Below are positions 8,591 through 16,155 of a stretch of DNA of 64,000 nt, one piece after another. Under the pieces are notes generated by a model. That model made no database searches and was not told the origin of the DNA. It saw only the letters and a program-made list of their open reading frames with translations. This DNA comes from a virus. How positions within the stretch are numbered: position 1 is the first letter of the stretch; each line of letters begins with the position of its first letter. The DNA is taken from positions 1 to 64,000 of the IMG/VR virus record IMGVR_UViG_3300021963_000054; one strand, 5' to 3'. The translations under genes and the position numbers were made by a program.

Positions 8591-9343
8591 ATGAAGTTGC
8601 TCTCCACTGGTAATCCAAAAGTTCTCAAAGGCATGTCTCAAGGATATAACACTTATATCTTACACTTAGCCCCTGCTGATTTGTCGGGTTATGAAACCTG
8701 TGCAAAGCGCACCGCTGGTTGTACCGCGGCTTGTCTCAATACCGCTGGTCGTGGCGGCATGTTCAAGCGTGGCGAGAATACCAACGTTATTCAACAAGCC
8801 CGCATCCGCAAAACAAAAATGTTTTTTGAGAACCGCGTAGAATTTATGGCTACACTGGTTAAAGATATTGAGTTGGCTATCAAGCAAAGCAAAAAAATGG
8901 AATTGGTGCCTGTGTTCCGCTTGAATGGCACTTCCGACTTGGCTTGGGAAAAATACGAAGTTGTTCGCAACGGTCAATTATTCCGTAACATCTTCACCGC
9001 TTTCCCAGAAGTCCAATTTTACGACTACACTAAAATCCTTGGTCGTAAAATCAAAGAGTATTCAAATTATCAATTGACGTTTTCAGCCGCGGACGGTAAC
9101 GATTCCGATGTGTTGAAAGCCTTGAATGAGGGTTTGAATGTTGCGGTAGTCTTCGGTATCAAAAAAACATTGCCGATGCCTGTTGATTACCTCTCTCGCC
9201 CAGTCTTTAACGGCGATGAATCCGACTTGCGTTTCCTTGACCCTAAAGGTGTGATTGTCGGTCTCTATGCTAAAGGCAAAGCAAAAAAAGATACTACCGG
9301 TTTCGTTAAGTATCCTACTATCATGTTGCAACAAGCCGCATGA
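8591..9343 (+). CDS. GP88-like Cys-cluster protein
   Basis: CAKRTAGCTAACL, RLNGTSD, FYDYTK, GDESDLRFLD motifs; GAGG RBS before ATG 8591. Confidence 0.7.
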   Translation: MKLLSTGNPKVLKGMSQGYNTYILHLAPADLSGYETCAKRTAGCTAACLNTAGRGGMFKRGENTNVIQQARIRKTKMFFENRVEFMATLVKDIELAIKQSKKMELVPVFRLNGTSDLAWEKYEVVRNGQLFRNIFTAFPEVQFYDYTKILGRKIKEYSNYQLTFSAADGNDSDVLKALNEGLNVAVVFGIKKTLPMPVDYLSRPVFNGDESDLRFLDPKGVIVGLYAKGKAKKDTTGFVKYPTIMLQQAA

Positions 9344-9358
9344 TTACCAGCCATCTGG

Positions 9359-9397
9359 TTGACAGGTGGCATTTTTCCTTGTATAATGATTTATCTT
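9359..9397 (+). promoter_or_regulatory. Sigma70 promoter (consensus)
   Basis: TTGACA 9359-9364, 17-nt spacer, TATAAT 9382-9387. Confidence 0.85.
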
Positions 9398-9416
9398 AAA
9401 TTAAATGGAGTTTATT

Positions 9417-9803
9417 ATGACCAAAGCTAAAAATGTTAAACCTGCTAAGACCGTTCGTTTGAAAGCATGGGAGCCAATCTTCCAATTGCTTATGACTGGT
9501 GATGCGGTTAAAAAAGAAGTGTTTGAGAATTTACTTGGCGATGCCTTGAAATACAAATTGTCGGCTCACATTCTTGAAATTAAAATTCGGAGTGAAGCCG
9601 TTATCCGTGTCGTGAAAGATGGTCGTAAAGTTGTATCATACCAACTTATGAATCCTACCGCTGATACGGTTCTAAAATATTGGAAAGACCGCGGTATCGT
9701 TCTTGATGCTGTGAAGAACCTTAAAGATTTGCAAGCTACGCCTGCAAAAGAAACCGAAGTCCTTACTGTGACTGAGGTTACCGAGCCAACTGTTTCGGCT
9801 TAA
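9417..9803 (+). CDS. Hypothetical protein
   Basis: GGAG RBS before the ATG at about 9417 (track start 9405); bounded by its own promoter and terminator. Confidence 0.75.
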   Translation: MTKAKNVKPAKTVRLKAWEPIFQLLMTGDAVKKEVFENLLGDALKYKLSAHILEIKIRSEAVIRVVKDGRKVVSYQLMNPTADTVLKYWKDRGIVLDAVKNLKDLQATPAKETEVLTVTEVTEPTVSA

Positions 9804-9824
9804 GTTAAAAACTTTCATAAGTTT

Positions 9825-9852
9825 AGCCTGGGTGCAATGCCCAGGTTTTTTT
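9825..9852 (+). terminator. Rho-independent terminator
   Basis: CCTGGG-tgcaatg-CCCAGG followed by T7. Confidence 0.85.
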
Positions 9853-9867
9853 CTATGGAGAAATGAA

Positions 9868-10017
9868 ATGTGGAGATTATGGGCTAAAGCACTAGGTGAA
9901 AAATCTGGAGAAGATAATAGCGAGGCTGATAAAGTTGCTTGCATTCGGTCGCTGATTGTGTTATCATACATCATCACTAACCTTTTTATTATTGCTGGCG
10001 TAATTCGCCATTGGTAA
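9868..10017 (+). CDS. Small membrane protein
   Basis: GGAG RBS; MWRLWAKALGEKSG... with a C-terminal hydrophobic helix. Confidence 0.7.
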   Translation: MWRLWAKALGEKSGEDNSEADKVACIRSLIVLSYIITNLFIIAGVIRHW

Positions 10018-10020
10018 ACT

Positions 10021-10263
10021 ATGTCATTCTTATCTACTCACACGTATACTACGGTACCTGTTGTACAGGTAAATACTGCTGGTCCTACAATGACTTTTCC
10101 TGAACCAATCAGTTATGAATTTCAAGTTGTTGAATATATTGATGATGATGAAAAAATAACTAGAGTTGCTTTGCAAGTGAAAAAAAATGTCCATGACCAA
10201 TTTGGAAATATTAAACTAGCTGGCTATTGGCAAGATGTGCCTCGAATAAAGATGAAACTATGA
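10021..10263 (+). CDS. Hypothetical protein
   Basis: 80 aa ORF, overlaps the next start (ATGA). Confidence 0.65.
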   Translation: MSFLSTHTYTTVPVVQVNTAGPTMTFPEPISYEFQVVEYIDDDEKITRVALQVKKNVHDQFGNIKLAGYWQDVPRIKMKL

Positions 10264-10799
10264 ATATTTTTTACCTTGACCATGATGTTTCTAATTGTGC
10301 TATGATGCACAACGACAAGCATTGTGTTAAAATGATCCTTGAATATGCTCAATTACTTTCTACTGCCCATCGTTATCTTGATGGCACTCAATCTGTTGGC
10401 CTCTCTAAAACTGGTCGCAAACAAACTAGATATGTTCTTCCTGACGGGCGTGAATCTGTGCTTTATTCTGCTACTCATATCAATCATCCTTCAGCCGTAT
10501 GGGTAAGAAAATCTGATGCCAACTATGCTTGGTTGTACAGACTGTTTGGCGCACTGATGGACGAATACACATATCGTTATGGTAAAATTCATTCGTGTGA
10601 ACGACTTTCACAAGCACTGAGTTATAGACCCCAAAATATTCCTGTTGGTCCATTTACTGAACCTACTCCTGCTATGCCTGATGAAGTGAAAATTCTCGGT
10701 GATTCTATTGCATCATATCGGAATTACTACATAAACAACAAAACCCATCTCGCAAACTGGAAGAAAAGAGAAATTCCTTCCTGGTTCTGTGCTATATAA
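10260..10799 (+). CDS. Pyrimidine-dimer DNA glycosylase-like (DenV-related) protein
   Basis: MNIFYLD...DKHCVKMILEYAQLLSTAH, THINHPS, EYTYRYGKIH, PAMPD. Start moved to 10260. Confidence 0.75.
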   Translation: MNIFYLDHDVSNCAMMHNDKHCVKMILEYAQLLSTAHRYLDGTQSVGLSKTGRKQTRYVLPDGRESVLYSATHINHPSAVWVRKSDANYAWLYRLFGALMDEYTYRYGKIHSCERLSQALSYRPQNIPVGPFTEPTPAMPDEVKILGDSIASYRNYYINNKTHLANWKKREIPSWFCAI

Positions 10800-10808
10800 G
10801 AGTGTAAC

Positions 10809-11108
10809 ATGCCTACATATAACTTCCTGAATATTGAAACTGGTGAAGAATTTGAAGCGTTTATGAAATTTTCTGAACGTGAAGAATATCTGAAAACCAA
10901 TCCACAGATTCAATCTGTGATGACTGCACCTGCGATTGTGTCGGGCGTGTCTACATCAAAACAAAACCGTGTTCCCGATGGGTTCAAAGAGGTTCTATCA
11001 AAAATCTCTGAGGCTCATCCTGCTAGTACAGTTGCGGATAAGCACGGAAGAAAATCAATCAAACAAGCCAGAACCGAACAGGTGATTAAAAAGCACATGA
11101 AAGGATAA
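10809..11108 (+). CDS. FmdB-like small protein (zinc-ribbon Cys residues absent)
   Basis: MPTYNF...TGEEFE and DGFKEVLSKI...HP motifs; position upstream of phoH. Confidence 0.6.
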   Translation: MPTYNFLNIETGEEFEAFMKFSEREEYLKTNPQIQSVMTAPAIVSGVSTSKQNRVPDGFKEVLSKISEAHPASTVADKHGRKSIKQARTEQVIKKHMKG

Positions 11109-11134
11109 TGGCATCAAAAATATAGAGGGTCTTC

Positions 11135-11887
11135 ATGGCAAGAAAAGCAAATACAAAGATTAGACTTGTTGATGAATCTGATGTGCAACCGAAACCAACG
11201 AATGCATTAAAAATCAGAATAGATGATTTAAAAACTTTTGACCCACTAACAAACAATCAAAAATTATTTTTTGATGCATATAAGAGAGGCGATTATTTTG
11301 TAGCATTACATGGTGTAGCAGGAACAGGTAAAACATTCTGTGCATTATACAAAGCACTAGAAGAAGTTTTAGATAAGAGTAATCCATTTCATAAAATCAT
11401 TATTGTCCGTTCTGCGGTACAATCAAGAGAAATGGGTCATTTGCCTGGTGATGTTGCAGAGAAGATGGAAATCTATCAGCAACCATATCAACAAATTTGT
11501 CATACTTTGTTTGGTCGCAAAGATGCGTATCAAAGACTTGAAGAACAAGGATATGTTGAATTCATTTCAACATCATTCATTCGTGGTATGTCATTTGATG
11601 ATGCAATTATTATCGTTGATGAAATGCAAAATTTGACGTTTGAAGAAATTGATACTGTTATGACCCGTGTTGGTTATCGTTCAAAGATTATCTGGTGTGG
11701 CGACTATCGCCAAACAGATTTGAACAAAAAGAAAAATGATATGAGTGGTATTTTGAAATTCTTTGATATTGCAATGCACATGAATGCATTCACTAGAATT
11801 GAATTTACCGCAGATGATATCGTTCGGTCATCACTTGTGAAAGATTACATCCTCGCTAAAATGCAACATGAGGATGCATGTAATTAA
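11135..11887 (+). CDS. phoH: PhoH-family ATPase
   Basis: GVAGTGKT, GHLPGD, FIRGMSFDDAIIIVDEMQN, CGDYRQTD, DIVRS. Confidence 0.95.
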   Translation: MARKANTKIRLVDESDVQPKPTNALKIRIDDLKTFDPLTNNQKLFFDAYKRGDYFVALHGVAGTGKTFCALYKALEEVLDKSNPFHKIIIVRSAVQSREMGHLPGDVAEKMEIYQQPYQQICHTLFGRKDAYQRLEEQGYVEFISTSFIRGMSFDDAIIIVDEMQNLTFEEIDTVMTRVGYRSKIIWCGDYRQTDLNKKKNDMSGILKFFDIAMHMNAFTRIEFTADDIVRSSLVKDYILAKMQHEDACN

Positions 11888-11890
11888 ATT

Positions 11891-12568
11891 ATGTTTACCT
11901 ATTGCCCACCTAAGAAACTTGAAGACTTAAAATCAGAAACACTAGAGAACGGAAGATTTTATGTGACGCCAGATGGTAAGAGATTGCCATCTGTAACAAC
12001 AGTCTTGGGCGCAATGGGTAAGAAAGCCATCTATGAATGGCGCCAGCGTGTTGGTGCAGAGGAAGCAAATCGTATATCACGAATTGCATCTGGGCGTGGT
12101 ACACGTATGCATACGCTATGCGAAAAGTATTTGAATAATCAAGACATAGGTAAACCGATGCCCGATGCTTTGGAATTGTTTAGAAAAGTAAAGCCGTATC
12201 TAAATAAAATCAACAACATTCATTATCAAGAATGTGCATTGTGGTCAACAAAACTTGGCATGGCTGGGCGTGTAGATTGTATCGCAGAATATGATGGTGT
12301 TCTTTCTGTCATTGATTTTAAGACTTCGGCTAGAGTGAAAACAAGAGAAGATATTCCTGCATATTTTGCTCAATGTACCGCTTATGCATTGATGTATGAA
12401 GAATTGATTGGTGTAAGAATTGACCAAATAGTTGTTATCATGGCAGTTCAAGAAGATAACCCAATCATCTTTGTTGAGCCGATGAGAAAACATATAAATA
12501 CTTTACTAGAGTATATTAGTTTTTACCGAAAACAAAATGAAAAGAACAATTATTACCCGACAAACTAG
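11891..12568 (+). CDS. PD-(D/E)XK exonuclease
   Basis: LPSVTTVL, RGTRMH, AGRVDC, VIDFKTS, QCTAY; typical neighbour of phoH. Confidence 0.88.
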   Translation: MFTYCPPKKLEDLKSETLENGRFYVTPDGKRLPSVTTVLGAMGKKAIYEWRQRVGAEEANRISRIASGRGTRMHTLCEKYLNNQDIGKPMPDALELFRKVKPYLNKINNIHYQECALWSTKLGMAGRVDCIAEYDGVLSVIDFKTSARVKTREDIPAYFAQCTAYALMYEELIGVRIDQIVVIMAVQEDNPIIFVEPMRKHINTLLEYISFYRKQNEKNNYYPTN

Positions 12569-12585
12569 TTTTGTTGTGTTATAAT
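12493..12585 (+). promoter_or_regulatory. Candidate late (TATAAATA 12493-12500) and sigma70 extended -10 (TGT-TATAAT 12580-12585) promoters upstream of the tmRNA
   Basis: Exact T4 late consensus, plus an extended -10 about 6 nt before the presumed acceptor-piece start. Confidence 0.55.
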
Positions 12586-12591
12586 TAGTGT

Positions 12592-12995
12592 TATTGCTGT
12601 ATGAAGCAAAGAGAAAAGTGTCCTGGACGGGGGTGCGAATCCCCCCACCTCCACCATAAGGATTTAAGTGGATAATAAACTTAAAGAATTGCAGGAAAAC
12701 TTAGCTAAAGATTTAGTTAAGTGTGAAGCCCGTGAGGGAATAACATTAACTGAAGAAAATTTAGAAAAGATTTCCGATGCTTATTCAAAAGTTTATGATA
12801 TCATTACTGAGATAAAATCTTTATGATGGGGGTGACCTAGATTCGACAGGGCAACAAGTACATGCGTGGACAGCACGGTAGGCGATGACCGTAAATCAAG
12901 CAAAAAACGTAAATGCAAATGACGAAAGTTTTGCTTTAGCGGCCTAAACGCCGCTTAGGGTTTCGGTAGGTTTCCTCGTAACAGAATAACCTACC
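12592..12995 (+). ncRNA. ssrA: Circularly permuted (two-piece) tmRNA
   Basis: Acceptor piece: T-arm GGGGG-TGCGAAT-CCCCC 12629-12645, CACCTCC-A-CCA 12646-12656. Coding piece: begins GGGGGTG 12828-12834 (7/7 pairing with G3.U70), then GATTCGAC, with CAGGGC pairing to GTCCTG. Tag ANDESFALAA* 12915-12947 with hairpin AGCGGC/GCCGCT; terminal hairpin GGTAGGTT/AACCTACC 12965-12995. Outer ends are approximate. Confidence 0.93.
12668..12826 (+). CDS. 52-aa helical protein nested in the tmRNA intervening segment
   Basis: TAAGGA RBS 12657-12662, GTG start; MDNKLKELQENLAKDLVKCEAREGITLTEENLEKISDAYSKVYDIITEIKSL*. Fills 159 of the 171 intervening nt. Confidence 0.6.
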   Translation: MDNKLKELQENLAKDLVKCEAREGITLTEENLEKISDAYSKVYDIITEIKSL

Positions 12996-13019
12996 AATAT
13001 TTTAACAAGGAGTTTTATT

Positions 13020-13556
13020 TTGAAGAAAATCGCAATCGCAAGTTTAATTGCTATCGCCGCTACAGTACAAGCTGGTGGTTTTGTTTCGTATGGTGTTGAC
13101 CAAGTTACTGACCGAGTAAGCAACCAACAAAGTATCGCACAGTATGTCCGTGCTGGTACTACGTTAGGTGGTTTCAATCTTGGCTTGCAAAATCGCAATG
13201 CTCGTACTAATGACAATCTCTCCATGTACAATAGTTTGGAACTTACCGCTGGTAAAACAGTTTTTGGTATTAACCCATTCGTTGGCGTTGGTTTTGATAA
13301 TGGTGGCGCTGGTGCAAAGCCATATGAATATGGTCTAGTCGGCGCAAACGCTGGAGTTAAAGTTGGTCCTGGTTATGCCATGGCTGGTGCTAAGACCCGT
13401 GTAAATTGGGATAGCGCAAATCCAAAACAATCTGTAGTATTTGCTAGTTACGACATGCCAGTCATCAGCAAAGTATCTGTTGGTGTTGGTGTTAGCCAAA
13501 GCTATCAAGATATTCAAGACCGTGCGGTCGGACTTACAGTCTCAGTAGGATTCTAA
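13020..13556 (+). CDS. Outer-membrane beta-barrel (porin-like) protein
   Basis: AAGGAG RBS, TTG start, signal peptide ending VQA, alternating amphipathic strands, terminal ...VSVGF (BAM-type C-terminal Phe). Confidence 0.75.
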   Translation: MKKIAIASLIAIAATVQAGGFVSYGVDQVTDRVSNQQSIAQYVRAGTTLGGFNLGLQNRNARTNDNLSMYNSLELTAGKTVFGINPFVGVGFDNGGAGAKPYEYGLVGANAGVKVGPGYAMAGAKTRVNWDSANPKQSVVFASYDMPVISKVSVGVGVSQSYQDIQDRAVGLTVSVGF

Positions 13557-13614
13557 TATCGGAGTTTGTTAGTTCTCAATAAAAACTAACACACACTAAC
13601 ACACAGGAGAAACT

Positions 13615-13887
13615 ATGTCAAACATGACACCTTTTGAGATACGCCTTGACCTACTAAAAATGGCACAAGGAATGCTATCAGATGATTATTATGGTAAGCG
13701 TGAACAAATCAGTAACGATTGGTCCATGCAATGTGAATCTGCAAAAATCAAAGGCGAGACACCGCCAGCACACCCAGGCTTTCCGCCTTACCCCTCCGAA
13801 ACAGAAATTATAGCCAAAGCACAAGTGCTTAATGGTTTCGTTTCTAACGTTTCTATAGAAACTCCAAAAGTCTCTAAGAAATCTTAA
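13615..13887 (+). CDS. Conserved phage hypothetical protein
   Basis: AGGAG RBS; TPFEIRLDLLKMA...YPS...IIAKA..LNGFVS. Confidence 0.75.
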   Translation: MSNMTPFEIRLDLLKMAQGMLSDDYYGKREQISNDWSMQCESAKIKGETPPAHPGFPPYPSETEIIAKAQVLNGFVSNVSIETPKVSKKS

Positions 13888-13934
13888 TTGGAGGTATGCC
13901 AGTTATCTGGCATTCACACACAGAAAGGAAACAG

Positions 13935-14492
13935 ATGCGAAGTAAACCTATACTTTTGAGTATAATTTTCTCATCAATAATTTTGTCATTATCATTGGTG
14001 AATGTTGACACCAGAAACATTCTACCGATGAAGTCAACATTCAATGCACTCACTATGGATGCAAAGAAACAGGTAACATGCCTAGCTGAAAATATTTATT
14101 TTGAAGCGGCGCATGAACCAAACGAAGGTAAGAAAGCGGTAGCATTCGTAACCTTTAACAGAGTACAGTCCGGGTATGCCGATGACATATGCGGAGTTGT
14201 AAAGCAAAAGACTGGTAACACTTGCCAATTTTCTTGGTATTGTGACAGCACATTTACCAGTAAGACATTGACAATCAAGAACACTTTGTTGTATAATGAG
14301 ATTTTAGAGTTATCAACAAACCTTTTCTTGAATTTTGAAAGAATGACCGATGTAACAAACGGAGCAACTTATTACCATGCTGATTATGTAAATCCAGGTT
14401 GGACAAAACTAAAAAAGGAGAAACAAATTGGCAGGCATATTTTCTACAAAAGCAAAGGTGACAAAATTGACAGAAACAAAGGAATTATCTAA
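13935..14492 (+). CDS. SleB-like cell-wall hydrolase (Hydrolase_2) with N-terminal signal/anchor
   Basis: CLAENIYFEA, NRV, ICGVVKQ, CQFSWYC, GATYYHADYVNPGW, IGRHIFY; AAGGA RBS before ATG 13935. Confidence 0.9.
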   Translation: MRSKPILLSIIFSSIILSLSLVNVDTRNILPMKSTFNALTMDAKKQVTCLAENIYFEAAHEPNEGKKAVAFVTFNRVQSGYADDICGVVKQKTGNTCQFSWYCDSTFTSKTLTIKNTLLYNEILELSTNLFLNFERMTDVTNGATYYHADYVNPGWTKLKKEKQIGRHIFYKSKGDKIDRNKGII

Positions 14493-14493
14493 A

Positions 14494-14712
14494 ATGAACA
14501 AAGACTTGATTACGATATTTGTGTCCATGACTATAGTTCTATGCACTCTTATAGTCTCAATGGGATTTTACAGTATAAACGACAGAAACAATATGGCAAA
14601 AAACATTGAAGCGGCTATTGCCAAAGGTGTTGATCCAGTTTCTGTTAAGTGTGCATATGAAACAAACACAAATGCAATCTGTATAACTTACGCAGCCACG
14701 GTTAGAAAATGA
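14494..14712 (+). CDS. Small single-pass membrane protein
   Basis: MNKDLITIFVSMTIVLCTLIVSMGFY... GVDPVSVKCAY; start at ATG 14494. Confidence 0.7.
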   Translation: MNKDLITIFVSMTIVLCTLIVSMGFYSINDRNNMAKNIEAAIAKGVDPVSVKCAYETNTNAICITYAATVRK

Positions 14713-15872
14713 GTGACGTAGATAGAATTTTTAGAGAATTGAAACTCGCCGCATCACAAATCGGCGAAGGTGCACCTAGGAAATATCGGGTTTCTAAATC
14801 AAAAGGAAAACGGAGAAAACGTGCAATGAAAGCATGGACTTATGACGCAATGGATATGAATATGAATGAAATGAAAACAGGTATAAACGATAAATTTTTT
14901 GTTGGCGCATCTGATTACAGCGATTGGCTGTACATGCAAATGATTGATGCTCGGTCAGAAAAGAAAATTTCAACACACAATTCTGAATTGAAGTTGCATG
15001 GCAATCGTCAAAAGTGGAAAGAATTTATTGAAGAAGAATTTGAGGGTGACCACATTCTTCAATTCACCAGTTCCAGTGGTCTTATCATCACCGAAGGTTT
15101 TAATTTCATTCGCTATGATGTGAATTCTAATTCCATTACTACTCAAACTTATGGTGATAAAATCTTCATTAAAAATGTTGAAGACATGTTCCTAAAACAT
15201 TTTGAAGAAGTTACATCATACATTGAGTGGGTGTATGGTGCGAATGGTGATAGCGTCAATGTTCCTTTGAATGCGGATCGTTTGCCTGTTGATGAAATGT
15301 ATCCGTTTCTCAAAGAACCATTGACCGACTACTATGACCGTTACCTGGAATCTAATGCAAACATTCTTTTGTTGATTGGACCACCAGGAACTGGTAAGAC
15401 TACTTTCATTCGTGGTCTTCTTGCACACAGTAACTCCTCGGCTATCGTAACATACGATGCCGCAATTCTGGAGAAAGATTATCTGTTTGCACGATTCATT
15501 GAAGATGAAACTGGTGTAATGGTGCTTGAAGATTCTGATAACTTCCTGAAAGCACGTAGCGATGGTAATACCATGATGCATCGTTTTCTGAACGTTGGTG
15601 ATGGTCTTGTTACAACAAAAGGTAAGAAGTTGATTTTCTCAACTAACTTGCCAAGCATTCGTGACATTGATCCTGCGTTGATTCGCCCTGGTCGTTGTTT
15701 TGACATTGTTTCTTTTGATTCATTAAAACAAAAAGAAGCCGAAGCACTGGCTAAGAAAATCGGTGTTAAGTTGGATGGTAAGCGTGATAGCTGGACTATC
15801 GCAGAAGTGTTCAACAAACAAATTGAACAAAGTGCCAACAAAACAGTTGGTAGCAAAATGGGTTTCGTTTAA
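14709..15872 (+). CDS. AAA+ ATPase
   Basis: Walker A GPPGTGKT, Walker B MVLEDSD, FSTN, SRH DPALIRPGRCFD, C-terminal MGF. Confidence 0.9.
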   Translation: MSDVDRIFRELKLAASQIGEGAPRKYRVSKSKGKRRKRAMKAWTYDAMDMNMNEMKTGINDKFFVGASDYSDWLYMQMIDARSEKKISTHNSELKLHGNRQKWKEFIEEEFEGDHILQFTSSSGLIITEGFNFIRYDVNSNSITTQTYGDKIFIKNVEDMFLKHFEEVTSYIEWVYGANGDSVNVPLNADRLPVDEMYPFLKEPLTDYYDRYLESNANILLLIGPPGTGKTTFIRGLLAHSNSSAIVTYDAAILEKDYLFARFIEDETGVMVLEDSDNFLKARSDGNTMMHRFLNVGDGLVTTKGKKLIFSTNLPSIRDIDPALIRPGRCFDIVSFDSLKQKEAEALAKKIGVKLDGKRDSWTIAEVFNKQIEQSANKTVGSKMGFV

Positions 15873-15882
15873 GGAGTATATT

Positions 15883-16155
15883 ATGGCAGTAAAACAATTT
15901 AGTATTAATCAAATCTCTAGTGAGGCTGACCGCAAGAAATTGCTTGATGCTATGAAAGAGTGTTCCAATTCTATGATTCGTATGGAAGGCGAAAAAGACT
16001 TTATCAAGGAAGCAATCAAAGAAATTTGTGAAGACTTGAAGTTACCAAAGCGAATTGTGAATCGTCTAGTTAAAGTTTATCACAAACAAAACTATGATGA
16101 AGAAGTTGCTGTGCATGAACAATTTGAACAATTGTATGAAACGATTGTTAAGTGA
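15883..16155 (+). CDS. dsbA: T4-like dsDNA-binding protein DsbA
   Basis: AAGGAG RBS; ...LVKVYHKQNYDEE...LYE; synteny dsbA-33-59-32. Confidence 0.8.
   Translation: MAVKQFSINQISSEADRKKLLDAMKECSNSMIRMEGEKDFIKEAIKEICEDLKLPKRIVNRLVKVYHKQNYDEEVAVHEQFEQLYETIVK

Noticed and set aside
11891-12568. Cas4 as evidence of a CRISPR system
   Set aside because: It is the usual phoH-linked phage PD-(D/E)XK exonuclease; there is no four-Cys Fe-S set, array or other cas gene.
12620-12656. Stand-alone tRNA, or an att-site remnant of a tRNA/tmRNA 3' end
   Set aside because: There is no D or anticodon arm upstream; its acceptor partner is downstream at 12828 and no integrase is present. It is the acceptor piece of a permuted tmRNA.
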